Source: Squalus acanthias
Taxonomy: Eukaryota
Direction: 5' to 3'
Assembly (NCBI GenBank): GCA_030390025.1
Contig: CM059425.1
Span: 176,144,001 to 176,208,000, forward strand
Length of the DNA stretch: 64,000 nt
Below the pieces are notes generated by a model, which searched no databases, was not told the origin of the DNA, and saw only the letters and a list, made by a program, of their open reading frames with translations. Below, piece by piece: positions 44,527 to 57,335 of the stretch; positions within the stretch are counted from its first letter, which is position 1, and each line of letters starts with the position of its first letter. The translations under genes and the position numbers were made by a program.

Positions 44527-47500
44527 GGGCTCAATTTTAATAGCCCTGAGGAAGTGGGTTTGGAGGTGGGTCTGTTGGGAAAATTGGGAAAAATGGCTTC
44601 AGACACCCAACCCGCCTCCATCCTGCCCCCACCCAATTTTCCTGAGTGTCTGTTTAGCCGCTCCCAAACTGACCCATCTCCAACCGGTGGGATAGGTAGT
44701 TAAGGCACTTAACAGCCTTTTAACTGCCTTGCTAATCCTATTTTCAAAGTGGTTTCCCATTTTCCTGCTTCTGGCTCCTGTTTCCCAACTAGTTAGAAAC
44801 AGGCCAGGTTCAAGGAGACGAGTTGCTGGAGGACATGATTTTTATGCATTGGTGGAGCGCTTTAAAAGCGTCCCTGAAACATGGCTGACATTCAAATGCA
44901 ACAACTTTGCTGTTGTAGGTATGGGATAACATTTTGCACATCTACTGACCTTCTGACTGTTCAAGCTGACACCCATCTGCAGTGTCATGCATGGAAATAT
45001 TTCAGGCCACTTCGACTGTGCACTTGCAAGATTGTTACCTCAAATGAAATCTATAGCAAGGGGATGGGAAACATTTATGCCCGCTCATCCTGGTCCTCAT
45101 AATCGGGGGAGTAGCAGCCACATGGCTCACCACAGATCTTCCTGGGAAGAGGAGTAGGAGGAGGACGAGGGGAGCCTTGCATGCCCTGTTGTGACCAATG
45201 CAGCAGCCCTCCAGTTCACTGCTGCCCATCAACCAGGGTATGCACACTGCCATGCCACACTACCATAATCTTACTCTTCGACCAGTGGTGGCCACCATAT
45301 GACTCTGTAATTGCAGGCAACACTTGTCCAATGTCATACTTCTTCTCTGCTATACCCTCTTATTTCCTATCACTTTTACCATCAGCATCACAAATGCAAG
45401 TTGCTCTGAGCCCTAAATGCGCTTTTGCCATTTCCCAGAACACACAGGCCACACAATCAACTGATTGACATAATTTATCCTCAACACATGACAAAATATA
45501 CCAGAAAGAGTCAGAAAAAAAAGAAACATCACCCAAGTGAGTCCCCTTGTGACTATAGGTGCTTAATCTTTCTCTTACGTGTGCTTCTACGTGGTGCTTC
45601 CCCTGTGGCTTCAACAGATATAGAGGTACCTTGCTGACTAGAATGCTGCGTGCTTAGATGCCTTTGGCGGGCATCCTCTGGGTTTGGGAGCCTGGGAGGG
45701 CTCTTCAACAGTGTGCTCTTCCTGCGGCTGTGCAGGGTCTGAAATGGCCATCTCAGTTGTCTCTGAAAAGTGGGTCTCTGAGCAAAGGCTCCGTAGTGGC
45801 ATGGTCATGCGAGCGCTTTGAGAGGAGCCCACACTTCCTTCTGTCCTGCCAACAACATCCCTCTCATGGGTCAGCCGCACCTCAGTGCCGGCAAGTGACA
45901 GGACAGCACCTTGCTGCACTTCAGGGGGGCCATGAGGACCCGTCCTACTCAAAAGGACGTCCATGAAGCTGTGGTCTCTCTGCTCAATAGCTGCCCATCG
46001 CTGCTCCAGAGATGTCATTCTATTCTGAACAGTCACCATGTTTCCCTGACTCTGGCGACTTATTTCCTCCATGGCCGTAGCCATCCTTTCCACTAAGGTT
46101 GCCATCCTATCCATGGTGGTGCGTTCATGCGCCATTGCCTCCACCACGGCAGTGCTGATGTTACAGATGGACTCCTCCATTCTCTCCACACTCGCACTAA
46201 CCCTGGAGGCAAACCCTTCCAGAGACACCTGCACTTGTTCCTTTTTCTGGATGGCCCCAGAGTCACAGCGTCTGCATGCAGCTCAGCAGAGCTAGGAGAG
46301 TCCTGCGACTTCCGAGGAGGACTCTCCACTGCTGTCGCTGTCGATGTCTCCCCCATCTGCTGATGCTCACTTGTGCGCTGTGATAGACCAGGTGGCAACA
46401 CCTCTCTAACTCGTGATGGCCCCACCGAGGTGTGCGTTGCTGCACTGGTGCTGGGTGCGTTGAGTCCTGGTGACGCTGGTCCCTCAGAGGCTTCAGGTTC
46501 CTCTGAGGAGATGTCCGGGTCTTTGTCCTGGATCATGGGGAGGGGGGCTCTCGATGGTCCTGTGGGAGAGTAAAGGCTTGAATTAGACATCGGATATTGA
46601 TGTAGCAGACACATCCTCTTGCGCAGATCATACAAAGCGATTCTCTATGGACATCATATTCCATTGCTTTTTGAGAGGGATGAAACTCTATTATGTCACC
46701 AGCTTCCTCTAGTGTGCCGATCTCTCCATCGCCCACTTCCAGGTCCTCGCCACCTCCAACAATCTCGTTTGCTGCCTCCTCAGCACTGGTCAATGTTGCA
46801 AGGGTAGGTGTTCCTCCTCCAGTCATTGCTCTCTCCCTCTTATTGTGGGCTATCTTTTCCTGCAAGGAGGGACACAATTGGTGTTTCAGCCACAGTGATG
46901 GAGTGAGTGTGATGAATCCCTACCATAGAAGCTTTGAGTGAGACGAAGATGGGGTAAGGTGTCAAGAGGAAGCTAGCTCCCTGTGCGTTGTTAGTTGATT
47001 TCACTGCATGACAGTGAGAGCGAGTCTAAGGGGTGCATAGGCAGGATGCTGAAGTGATTCAGTGCAGAGACAGAGATGGATAGGAAAGGGTGCAAGGGAA
47101 GTAAGAGTAAGGTGGGATGTGAAGGAGGAGGCTTACATCACAGAGTGCTGGTGATGAGAAGAGAAGGGAAGCAGAGTGAAGGCAAGTGAGATGGGATACT
47201 CACTTTTGATGTTCTCACAAGATCATTAAACATTTTCCGGCAATGGATCCATGAGCGTGCATAAATGGACCTTGCGCTCACCTCCTGAGCAATGCGCAGC
47301 CAGACTGCTTTGGTCTGCTGAGGAGGCTTCCTCCGGCCATCAGGAGGGAAGAGAATCTCTCTGCGCCCTCTGACAGCATCTACAAGAACTTGGAGGGACT
47401 CATCATTAAAACGAGGAGCTGCCTTGCCTCTGGAAGAAGTCACAGCTGTGAAAAGAAGTGCAGGAAACCACAATGGAAAGGCTCAGGCTGGATGGCAGCT

Positions 47501-47705
47501 TTAAAAGAAGCTGCTATTATGACGTCTGCAGAGGCGGTCAGCTGGCCCGATCCCACTCATTGGACCGGCCAGCGCGCCTCCTTGAAATTAACAAGGTACT
47601 TTAATAAAAATCGCAACTCTGCAGCTGTTCCTGCCGGTAGGGGCTCCTGAACCCGCCCACCACGCAACCCGACTCCAACCTGCCTCGGGAATTAAAATCG
47701 AGCCC
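44527..47705 (-). mobile_element. Complete non-autonomous Harbinger (family of 1-3197)
   Basis: TIR GGGCTCAATTTTAA / TTAAAATCGAGCCC. Myb gene on minus and transposase stub MGNIYARSSWSS on plus at ~45064-45245. Confidence 0.88.
45553..47443 (-). pseudogene. Harbinger Myb/SANT gene, 3 exons
   Basis: Exon 1 47443-47204 (240 nt, GTG in place of ATG), exon 2 46859-46700 (160 nt), exon 3 from 46559. Exon sizes equal those of 211-2175. Exon 3 has a frameshift and a stop. Confidence 0.85.
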
Positions 47706-48678
47706 ATGGTCTCAGTTCGAGATGCTGCCTGACCAGTTGAGTATTTCCAGTATTTTATGCTGTCATTTCATATTTACAGCATCTGCTCGCAGAATGAAGA
47801 GGAGGAAGCAGAAGAGGAGGAAGCAGAAGAGGAGGAAGCAGAAGAGGAGGAAGCGGAAGAGGAGGAAGCAGACGGAAGGATGCATCCCAGACACCCCTTT
47901 GTGGCCAGGATATTCGGGATGGAATCATCTGCCTGCGCTCCCACTGACCACAACCCCAAATTCCCTTTCAACATTTGTCCCACACCTTACCTTCCCTCTG
48001 TTACTGACCATCACAGCGTCCTCTTGGCCTCAATGCTGAAATAAAAGCCACCACAAAGCAAACTTTCCAATCCAACTTTATACATCTATCCATCCAATGT
48101 GACATCATGAAATCAACTCATCACCCGTATGCATTCCCTGAGTGACTGTCTTGTGTGTGCCTTTGCCTATCCTACTGATGTCATGCAGTGCTACCCCAGT
48201 GGCTGCAGCATGGTTGGTGGAAGGCTACAGATTTTCAATGGGGGACACTGCAAATGGCCTTGCTGGTTGACCTTGAGGAACTGGTGGCTGGGAGAGTCAA
48301 ATCAATCTTCTTCTGCTTGTTCTTCTTCACTCTCCTCTCTCTCTTCTAGGTCACCCACTGGCTGGGCAGGCTGCAATTCTTGGGTGTGTGAAATGAGGAA
48401 GGCGCAAGGGTGGCATTGTGGTGACGGGAGGGCGGGAAAGCGAGAGGTGCATGCCAGAAGAAGGAAAATGTATGAGGATACCAGTATCTTGCATCCTTTC
48501 AGCCCCTCCGCTGTCCAAGGGCTCAGCCATGCCCCTACCAAGAATGGGGTGAGGTGAGGCTAGGAATGGGAGATGTGCTTCGTGATTGGTGCAGATTGTT
48601 GGTATGTGAGTGATAGGGGGTCATGCATTGAGCAGTGTGTGAGGCTAATGGTGGAGTTGGTAGGAGATGGCTTTTGAA

Positions 48679-49727
48679 CATAAGAACATAAGAAATAGGA
48701 GCAGCAGTAGGCCATTTGGCCCCTCGAGCCTGCTCTGCCATTCAATAAGATCATGGCTGATCTGATCTTGGCCTCAACTCCACTTCACTGCCCACTCCCC
48801 ATAACTCTTGACTCCCTTATCGTTCAAAAATCTGTCTATCTCCACCTTGAATATATTCAATGACCCAGCCTCCACAGCTCTCTGGGGTAGAGAATTCCAC
48901 AGATTCACAACCCTCTGAGAGAAGAAATTCCTCTTCATCTCCGTTTTAAATGGGCGACCCCTTATTCTGAAACTATGCCCCCTAGTTCTAGATTCCCCCA
49001 CAAGGGGAAACATCCTCTCTGCATCTACCTTGTCAAGCCCCCTCAGCATCTTATATGTTTCAATAAGATCACCTCTCATTCTTCTAAACTCCAATGAGTA
49101 TAGGCCCAACCTGCTCAACCTTTCTTCATAAAACAACCCCTTCATCTCAGGAATCAACCTCGTGAACCTTCTCTGAACTGCCTCCAATGCAAATATATTC
49201 CTCCTTAAATAAGGAGACCAAAACTATATGCAGTACTCCAGGTGTGGTCTCACCAGTGCCCTCTACAGTTGTAGCAGGACTTCCCTACTTTTATAATCCA
49301 TCCCCCATGCAATAAAGGCCAACATTCCATTTGCCTTCCTAATTACTTGTTGTACCTGCATGTTAACTTTTTGTGTTTCATGTACAAGGACGCCCAGATC
49401 CCTCTGTACCGCAGAATTATGTAATCTCTCCGCATTTAAATAATAATTTGCTTTTTTATTTTTCCTACCAAAGTGGATAACCTCAGATTTTCCCACATTA
49501 TACTCCATCTGCCAAATTTTTGCCCACTCACTTAGCCTATCTATATCCCTTTGCAGTGTCCTCTTCACAACTTGCTTTCCCAACTATCTTTGTCTCATTA
49601 GCAAATTTGGCTACATTACACTCGGTCCCTTCATCCAAGTCATTAATATAGATTGTAAATAGTTGAGGCCCCAGAACTGATCCCTGTGGCACCCCACTAG
49701 TTACCGTTTGCCAACCGGAAAATTACC
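48679..49727 (-). mobile_element. CR1 3' fragment A
   Basis: RT C-terminal ORFs 48774 and 49263; tail at 48679. Confidence 0.92.
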
Positions 49728-51954
49728 CATTCACTGACCTTGACCAGTGGTCTGAGGTCATGAAGCTTCTTTGGGCACTGGAGCCAGGTGGTGGGGGCGA
49801 CACTGCTGGCAGTGACGGCCTTGGTGATGTGGTCCCACATCGTTCTTTCTGGAGGGCCTCCTGGCCCCTGTGGGTAGAGGACCTGTCTTGCAGTGTTGAC
49901 ATAAGAACATAAGAACATAAAACATAAGACGTAGGAGCAGGAGTAGGTCATTTGTCCCCTCGAGCCTGCTCCGCCATTCAATAAGATCATGGCTGATTGA
50001 TCTTGGCCTCAACTCCACTTCCCTGCCCGCTCCCCATAACCCTTCACTCCCTTATCGTTCAAAAATCTGTCTATCTCCACCTTAAATATATTCAATGACC
50101 CAGCCTCTACAGCTCTCTGGGGAATAGAATTCCAAAGATTCACGACCCTCTGAGAGAAGAAATTCCTCCTCATTTCTGATTTAAAAGGGTTTCCCCTTAT
50201 TCTGAAATTATGCCCCCTAGTTCTAGATTCCCCCACGAGGGGAAACATCCTCTCTGCATCTACCCTGTCAAGCCCCTTCAGAATCTTATGTGATTCAATA
50301 AGATCACCTCTCATTCTTCTAAACTCTAATGAGTATAGGCCCAACCTGCTCAACCTTTCTTCATAAGACAACCCCTTCATCTCAGGAATCAACCTCGTGA
50401 AACTTCTCTGAACTGCCTCCAATGCAAGTACATCCTTCCTTAAATAAGGAGACCAAAACTGTACGCAGTACTCCAGCTGTGGGCTCACCAACGCCCTGTA
50501 CAGTTGTAACAGGACTTCCCTGCTTTTATACTCCATTCCCTTTGCAATAAAGGCCAACATTCCATTTGCCTTCCTAATTACTTGCTGTACCTGCATGCTA
50601 ACTTTTTGTGATTCATGTACAAGGACCCCCAGATTCCTCTGTACCTCAGCATTTTGTAATCTCTCCCCATTTAAATAATAATTTGCTTTTTTATTTTTCC
50701 TACCAAAGTGGATAACCTCAGATTTTCCCACATTATACTCCATCTGCCAAATTTTTGCCCACTCACTTAGCCTATCTATATCCCTTTGCAGTGTCCTCTT
50801 TACAACTTGCTTTCCCAACTATCTTTGTCTCATTAGCAAATTTGGCTACATTACACTCGGTCCCTTCATCCAAGTCATTAATATAGATTGTAAATAGTTG
50901 AGGCCCCAGAACTGATCCCTGTGGCACCCCACTAGTTACCGTTTGCCAACCGGAAAATTACCCATTCACTGACCTTGACCAGTGGTCTGAGGTCATGAAG
51001 CTTCTTTGGGCACTGGAGCCAGGTGGTGGGGGCGACACTGCTGGCAGTGACGGCTTTGGTGATGTGGTCCCACATCGTTCTTTCTGGAGGGCCTCCTGGC
51101 CCCTGTGGGTAGAGGACCTGTCTTGCAGTGTTGACATAAGAACATAAGAACATAAAACATAAGACGTAGGAGCAGGAGTAGGTCATTTGTCCCCTCGAGC
51201 CTGCTCCGCCATTCAATAAGATCATGGCTGATTGATCTTGGCCTCAACTCCACTTCCCTGCCCGCTCCCCATAACCCTTCACTCCCTTATCGTTCAAAAA
51301 TCTGTCTATCTCCACCTTAAATATATTCAATGACCCAGCCTCTACAGCTCTCTGGGGAATAGAATTCCAAAGATTCACGACCCTCTGAGAGAAGAAATTC
51401 CTCCTCATTTCTGATTTAAAAGGGTTTCCCCTTATTCTGAAATTATGCCCCCTAGTTCTAGATTCCCCCACGAGGGGAAACATCCTCTCTGCATCTACCC
51501 TGTCAAGCCCCTTCAGAATCTTATGTGATTCAATAAGATCACCTCTCATTCTTCTAAACTCTAATGAGTATAGGCCCAACCTGCTCAACCTTTCTTCATA
51601 AGACAACCCCTTCATCTCAGGAATCAACCTCGTGAAACTTCTCTGAACTGCCTCCAATGCAAGTACATCCTTCCTTAAATAAGGAGACCAAAACTGTACG
51701 CAGTACTCCAGCTGTGGGCTCACCAACGCCCTGTACAGTTGTAACAGGACTTCCCTGCTTTTATACTCCATTCCCTTTGCAATAAAGGCCAACATTCCAT
51801 TTGCCTTCCTAATTACTTGCTGTACCTGCATGCTAACTTTTTGTGATTCATGTACAAGGACCCCCAGATTCCTCTGTACCTCAGCATTTTGTAATCTCTC
51901 CCCATTTAAATAATAATTTGCTTTTTTATTTTTCCTACCAAAGTGGATAACCTC
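49433..51954. repeat. Tandem duplication, period 1235 bp
   Basis: ORF pairs 49697/50932, 49758/50993 and 50009/51244 are all offset by 1235. The copies are almost identical. Confidence 0.95.
49901..50962 (-). mobile_element. Chimeric CR1 fragment (3' part from B, 5' part from A)
   Basis: Matches copy B up to ~50719 and copy A from ~50668. Confidence 0.85.
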
Positions 51955-52215
51955 GCATTTTCCCCACATTAAACTCCATCTGCCAGATTTTTGCCCACTC
52001 ACTTAGCCTATCTATATTCCTTTGGAGATTCTTTGCTTTCCCACCTATCTTTGTATCATCAGCAAATTTGGCTACATTACACTCAGTCCCTTCATCCAAG
52101 TCATTAATATAGATTGTAAATAGTTGAGGCCCCAGCACTGATCCCTGCGGCACCCCACTAGTTACAGTTTGCCAACCGGAAAATGACCCATTTATCCCGA
52201 CTCTCTGTTTTCTGT
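51136..52215 (-). mobile_element. CR1 3' fragment B inserted in Myb exon 1
   Basis: TSD TTGAC at 51131-51135 and 52216-52220; RT motifs; tail. Confidence 0.92.
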
Positions 52216-53847
52216 TTGACCCCCTGCACAAAGCTGGAGTGCTGCGTGCGAGACCCTGGGTGCCCCTTCGCTGGCTTGCTGAGCCATTTGTGTTAGTGCT
52301 GAAGCAGTTTTCCCATTTTTGGAGGTTAGGAAGGGAATTCAACTTTAAGAACTGACTATTCACATTTGGGATTACTTTTTAATGTTAATTTTTTTTTAAA
52401 AGGCAGAAAAGGTTGAAAGCTGCATTGTTTCACCAGATTTTAATTTGTATTACTTCTAAGTGCATGGCCCATTTAATTCACAGGCCTTTTCATTGCCCAC
52501 AATTCCTTGCGAGCTCCACTGCCTCGCTTCCAGAGGCTGTGTGAAGCACGAACGCCGCACCTGGACAGGAACTTTGGGTCGGATGCCTCCACCAACACCA
52601 CCAGGACGGTGTTGGACAGAAGGTAAGCACTGCGTCACCAATCTCCAGCCCCCCAGACAAATTTTGCCCCGTTAGCGTTGCGGCCATTTGCAGTGGTCGT
52701 TAACTCCAGTTGTCGGTGACCTTTACTGGTGAACATGAATTTCTCCCCCTCTAACTGCTGAGGCTAGTAACTAACTGCTTTTATTTCATGACCCTCTAGA
52801 TTATTCCCTTCAAAGAATAACAAAAGCAATGCGAGAGACATCTTGGAGTGTAATTACTGAAATGTGCTTACTCCCATCAGAGGACCATCCAGTGTTCAGT
52901 TAACAATATGCAAATACCATACATTTCATTGGCCCGTATTTTCCGGGGCCTACTGCATACGCACCTGTAAGGGCCCGGCAAGTTTCGGGTTTTCGCGCGC
53001 CATCCCTGGGAAAAGGGCATTCGCGGGCGGAGCTGCCCAACTACTGCCCAGCGAATGCCCGTGAAATTCTTACACGTAAGGCCTGCTTTTATGTTTAAAT
53101 GAATATAAAAATAATTTTTTTAATTATTTAAATATTAATACACCTGTAAAATAAGTTAAGGTTTTAGCCCCTTTAAAACGTTTAAATTTATTTTTCAAAA
53201 AATTTAATTTTTGTTTTAAATAGTTAATTAAATGGTATTTTAATTAATTTTAAATATGTAGTTTTTTTGGATTTATTTGGTATGTAAATGCGTTTTTTAT
53301 GTGATCCCCATTCATGCTTATGGGGATTCTGTACGTATAGAATCCCCATAAGCAGGAATGGGGATCCCCGGGGGAAAAATTCAGTTGGTTAGCGCCTGCC
53401 ATTAGCACCTCTGGGGGGCGCTAATGGGTCGCTAACAACTTACCGCCTGAGCACGGTGATTTTAGCGCTGCCTGCGAAATTGACCTGGTGGTTTGCAGTG
53501 GCGCTAAACACTACCGCCACGATCTCCTGCGCCCGGAGATCGTGACATCATCCAAGCTTGCATCGCCCTGGGCCGGAAATTGATTCTCGCCCCCTGCCTC
53601 AGCGCCAGGAACGACAGGTAGAGGGGGACGGTTTGCAGTCGGCTGGGAGCTGGGGGAGCGCTGTTTAAAGGCGTGCGCTTCCTGCTTTTTCCTGTCGGCA
53701 ATCAATTCTGCATAAGCAGGTTGAGAGAGGGAGAGAGGTGTCTGGAGACATTTAACGCTATCCTACTTGAAGGAGTTTTGGTTGTCAGCAAGACTTTTCA
53801 GTTTCCCATTTCTGTAAGTTTTATTACTACCACATTTAGAAGATTTA

Positions 53848-55131
53848 ATGGGGGCTGTACTAGCACGGGGCCTCGTCCTCCAGCTTCACCGACGGAGGCA
53901 GCGGAGGCGGAGAGAGAGAGTGGAAAACGTGGCCAGAGGGAGGAGGGCCACCAGGGCTCTGCACAGGAGACCTCACCCTCCATGGGTATTCTGTGAGCAA
54001 TTCTCATATATTCTTCTGTCAGAGGAGCAGTGTTTTAGAAGGCTCCGCTTCAGCAAGGAGGTGGTTACCGAGCTCTGCCACCCCCTGCAGCCAGAGCTCC
54101 AGCCTCAGCTCAGGACCAGGATGTCTCTGTCAGTGGCAGTGAAGGTGACAGTTGCTCTCAATTTCTACGCAAGCGGCTCCTTCCAAGCTTCAACAGGGGA
54201 TATTGTGAACATCTCCCAGTTCGCTGTCCATTGCTGCATCCCGGAGGTCACAAATGCTCTCTACAAAAGGAGAAGGGAGTACATCTCATTCCTCATGACC
54301 TGAGACAAACAACGTGAACGCACAAATAAAAACAGAAAATGCTGGAAATACTCAGCAGGTCAGGCAGCATCTGTGGAGAGAGAAACAGAGTTAACGTTTC
54401 AGGTCGATGACCCTTCGTCCAGCATCCGCAGTATTTTGCTTTTGTATTAGCGTGAACGCACATGTGGCTTCGCTAGGATAGCGGGCTTCCCCATGGTTCA
54501 GGGCGCCATTGACTGCACGCAAGTGGCATTGCGGGCACATCATGAAAATGCAGAGGTGTTCCGCAACCGCAAAGGCTTCCACTCTCTGAATGTTCAGTTG
54601 GTGTGCGACCACAGACAGCGCATCCTCGACGTCAATGCCCGCTATCCTGGCAGCAGCCACGATGCAGTCATCCTGCACCAGACTGGTGTCCCAGACCTCT
54701 TCCAACCACCGCATCAACCTCGTGGCTGGCTCCTTGGGGACAAGGGTTATCCACTCTGCACCTGGCTGATGACACCCCTCCGTAAACCCATAACTCCTGC
54801 TGAACTCGCATAAAATGAGAGCCATAGCACCACTAGGAACCTCACTGAGCAGACGACCGGTGTGCTGAAGCAACGGTTCCGGTGTCTTGACCACTCTGGG
54901 ATAGCCCTGCCGTACTCCCCTGATCGAGTATCGGTTTTCATTGTTGTGTGCTGCATGCTTCACCACTTTGCAATTCTGAGGACCCAGCCATTGCCACCAG
55001 GGATTGGTGGACCACCTCAGGAGGAGGGAGAGGAGGAGGAGGAGGATGAGGAGCAACAATGTGGGAGGGAGGCGCTCAATGTTGCTTCTGCAAGGGCCGT
55101 TCGTGAACGCCTCATAAGACAGCACTTCTGA
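53848..55131 (+). pseudogene. HARBI1-like DDE transposase, disrupted
   Basis: LSEEQCFRRLRF, VALNFYASGSFQ, GAIDCTQV, NRKGFHSLNVQLVCD, PGSSHDA, LLGDKGY, EQTTGVLKQRFRCL. Has stops, a frameshift and the insertion at 54325. Confidence 0.93.
54325..54450. mobile_element. Family B fold-back element, short, inside the transposase
   Basis: 12-bp TSD CGTGAACGCACA at 54313-54324 and 54451-54462. The hammerhead on minus is clipped at the CUGA box by the inversion junction. Confidence 0.85.
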
Positions 55132-55438
55132 TGAATAACAGAGAAGATGGCTTTTGGGATCAACAAGCACATCATTACAGCCATCCCACAGCACCTATTA
55201 CCGGACAAAGTTCCAATGAGTAACATGAGGAAATTTGTAATGTTTCAGTAAAAAAAAAAAATTTCTGAACAACTGTGTCTTATTAAGCACAACCAATAAC
55301 AAACAAACACAACAATTCATTAACAAACAAAACTGGTTCTTACCACATCGAAATAAGTCTTTACAGAGTGAACAGTATATTTACATACACACCCAACTTT
55401 GGTACAAACACTCCCCCCATATGTTCAAAAAATGTTAG

Positions 55439-57335
55439 TTATTCGGCCTTCTTCAATGGTCTCACTCCCCTTCGCACTTCCCCCCATCCAACCCTACTGC
55501 TCCTCCGTAATGGGGCCCCAGTGGCTGCAGCAAGGCTGAAAGAAGGCTGCTGAATCTCGGATTCAGAGACTGCAGGCGGCCTTGAAGGACGCCCTCGACC
55601 AGCTCTGGGCCTGGAGGGCCCAGCTGCAGACTGCACCAACTCTGCCTGGGCGGTAGCAGTCTGGGCTGGCTGTGTTACAGGCTGTGGCAAGTGCAATGGC
55701 GGAGTGGCAGTGGTGGGAGCAGGAATACTGTCATCCTGAGAGAGGGCAGCACCTTCCTGCTTGACAGAGACACTGGCACTCCCCGGGGCAGAACCTCAGC
55801 ATTCGGAGCAATCTGCTCGAGCACAGATTGCTGGCCTGCTGCAGCACCGTCAGATCCCCGGTGGACTGTGGGCGACCCAGCGATGATGGCAGCAGTCAGC
55901 GCTGGCGTGGCATCAATCTGAGACTGCATCAGAGCAGTCTGAGACTGGATGGCACCAACCAATGACTCGATTCCAGCACTAAGCCATTGCGTTGCCTCGG
56001 CCTGTGCTGCAATAGATGCTGCCACCTCACCCATGACACGCGGCATGGGATCTGGGTCCCCACGGTCTCTCTACAAGTCAACCATCCTCTGCAACAAGGC
56101 AAGGATGGGCTCGAGGGTTTGCGCACAGATGACAGCTGTGCTGGCGGCGGACTCCTCCACGCTCCTAGCCAGTGCATCCATGCTCTTGGGCACCCTTGCC
56201 ATTGCACCCATGAGCTCAGTATGTATGCACGTCATCTGAGTATTCATCGCCGTGATATCGAGGTCCTCCTCCGAGTCCTGTGCAACAGAACTCGTGCACG
56301 CACTCACCCTCCGGGGAGATGGCCCCCGAGTTTCCCTTCCCCCATGGTGTTGCTGCAGCCCGCTGGGTCCCGGAGCTTCACCCACATCAGAGCCATTTCC
56401 TCAGCTCCCCTCCAGCGGTGGCACAAGTATCGGATGTCTCGCCCTCGGGAGGTGCAGGCAGTGAGGCTCCGGCTTGGTGTTCCTCCTCCTCTCCCGCGTC
56501 GCTGCCACTGGGAGGCTGAGGGACAGGCTAGTCAGATGGTGGCTCACTATCTGAAAGCAGGAAGGTACAAGAGTGGCTTTAACGTGAGGGCAGGGGGGCA
56601 GGAAGGGAGCAAGGAATGGAGACAGTATAGTTAGATGGAAAGTGGGAAAGGCTCGTGTTGTGAGGGGGAAGTGGTATGAGCGAGGAGAGAAAGATGATGA
56701 ACATACCGTTGCTGTCCCCAAGGGGTCGACCTCTCCAACTGCCACAGCGCCCACGACATGGCTCGCGATTAGTCTGTGAACTCGCTCCTCCAGCTGTGTG
56801 AGGGGGTGCAGCTCCGCCTGTCCTCCTCCCATGCATTGTTGCTCCCTCCTGTTATGAGACAGCTTGGCCTGCAAGAAAAAGGACAGCGTGTGAGTGAGTG
56901 TGCAGCCATTGGTTTGGCAGATGTTCCTACCATAGTTGAATAGCCGTTAATGTCTGCAAGGTGTGAGATGTGGATGTGACTTTTAGTAGATGGGCATAGT
57001 TGTTGGGTGAGTGTTGGGGATTTGGTACTTTATACCGTCTGTGCACGGAGTGACGTTGAGATGGTGGGATGGAGAGGTTTTTCAAGCATCTACTCACCCT
57101 GACCACCCGAGTGAGGTTGTTGAACTTCTTGCAGCATTGGGTGTGAGTCCTTTAGACCAGGCTTCTGGATGATACGTAATGGGCAATCTCCCTCCACACC
57201 CTTGTGAACTCCCGGGGCAATGGGCTCCTGTCAGTGTCTGGAAATAGTTCTGCCCATCGGCGTTCCACAGCCACAACCAGAGCCACCAATGCCGCTAAAC
57301 TGGCGAGCTCTCTCCCTGGGCCTCTGAGCAGCCAT
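55439..57335 (-). pseudogene. Harbinger Myb/SANT gene, 3 exons, decayed
   Basis: Exon 1 57335-57098 (VWREIAHYVSSRS..QCCKKFNNL), exon 2 56868-56707 (AKLSHNRREQQCMGGG), exon 3 from 56550 to the PLRRSSRVG tail. Confidence 0.85.

Larger units (their letters stand above)
44461..47785. mobile_element. Family B fold-back element (44461-44526 plus 47706-47785) split by a Harbinger
   Basis: ACAGAAAATGCTGCAAATACTCAGCAGGTCAGG and its inverse CCTGACCAGTTGAGTATTTCCAG flank the nested element. Confidence 0.7.
44026..52749 (-). mobile_element. Non-autonomous Harbinger carrying nested Penelope-like, Harbinger and CR1 insertions
   Basis: GGGCTGGAAATT / AATTTCTCCCCC, TSD TCT at 44023-44025 and 52750-52752. 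Myb gene on minus from ATG 52287 to ~48116. Transposase stub at ~44410-44460 and 47786-47950. Confidence 0.8.

Noticed and set aside
47790..47872. (EEEEA)n or (KRRKQ)n repeat protein
   Set aside because: It is a 15-bp tandem expansion of the acidic linker in a transposase stub.
54389..54423. Functional hammerhead in the 54325 insertion
   Set aside because: The CUGA box reads GGACGA because of the inversion junction.
53848..55131. Domesticated host gene HARBI1
   Set aside because: It lies between TIRs with a convergent Myb partner and has stops, a frameshift and an insertion.
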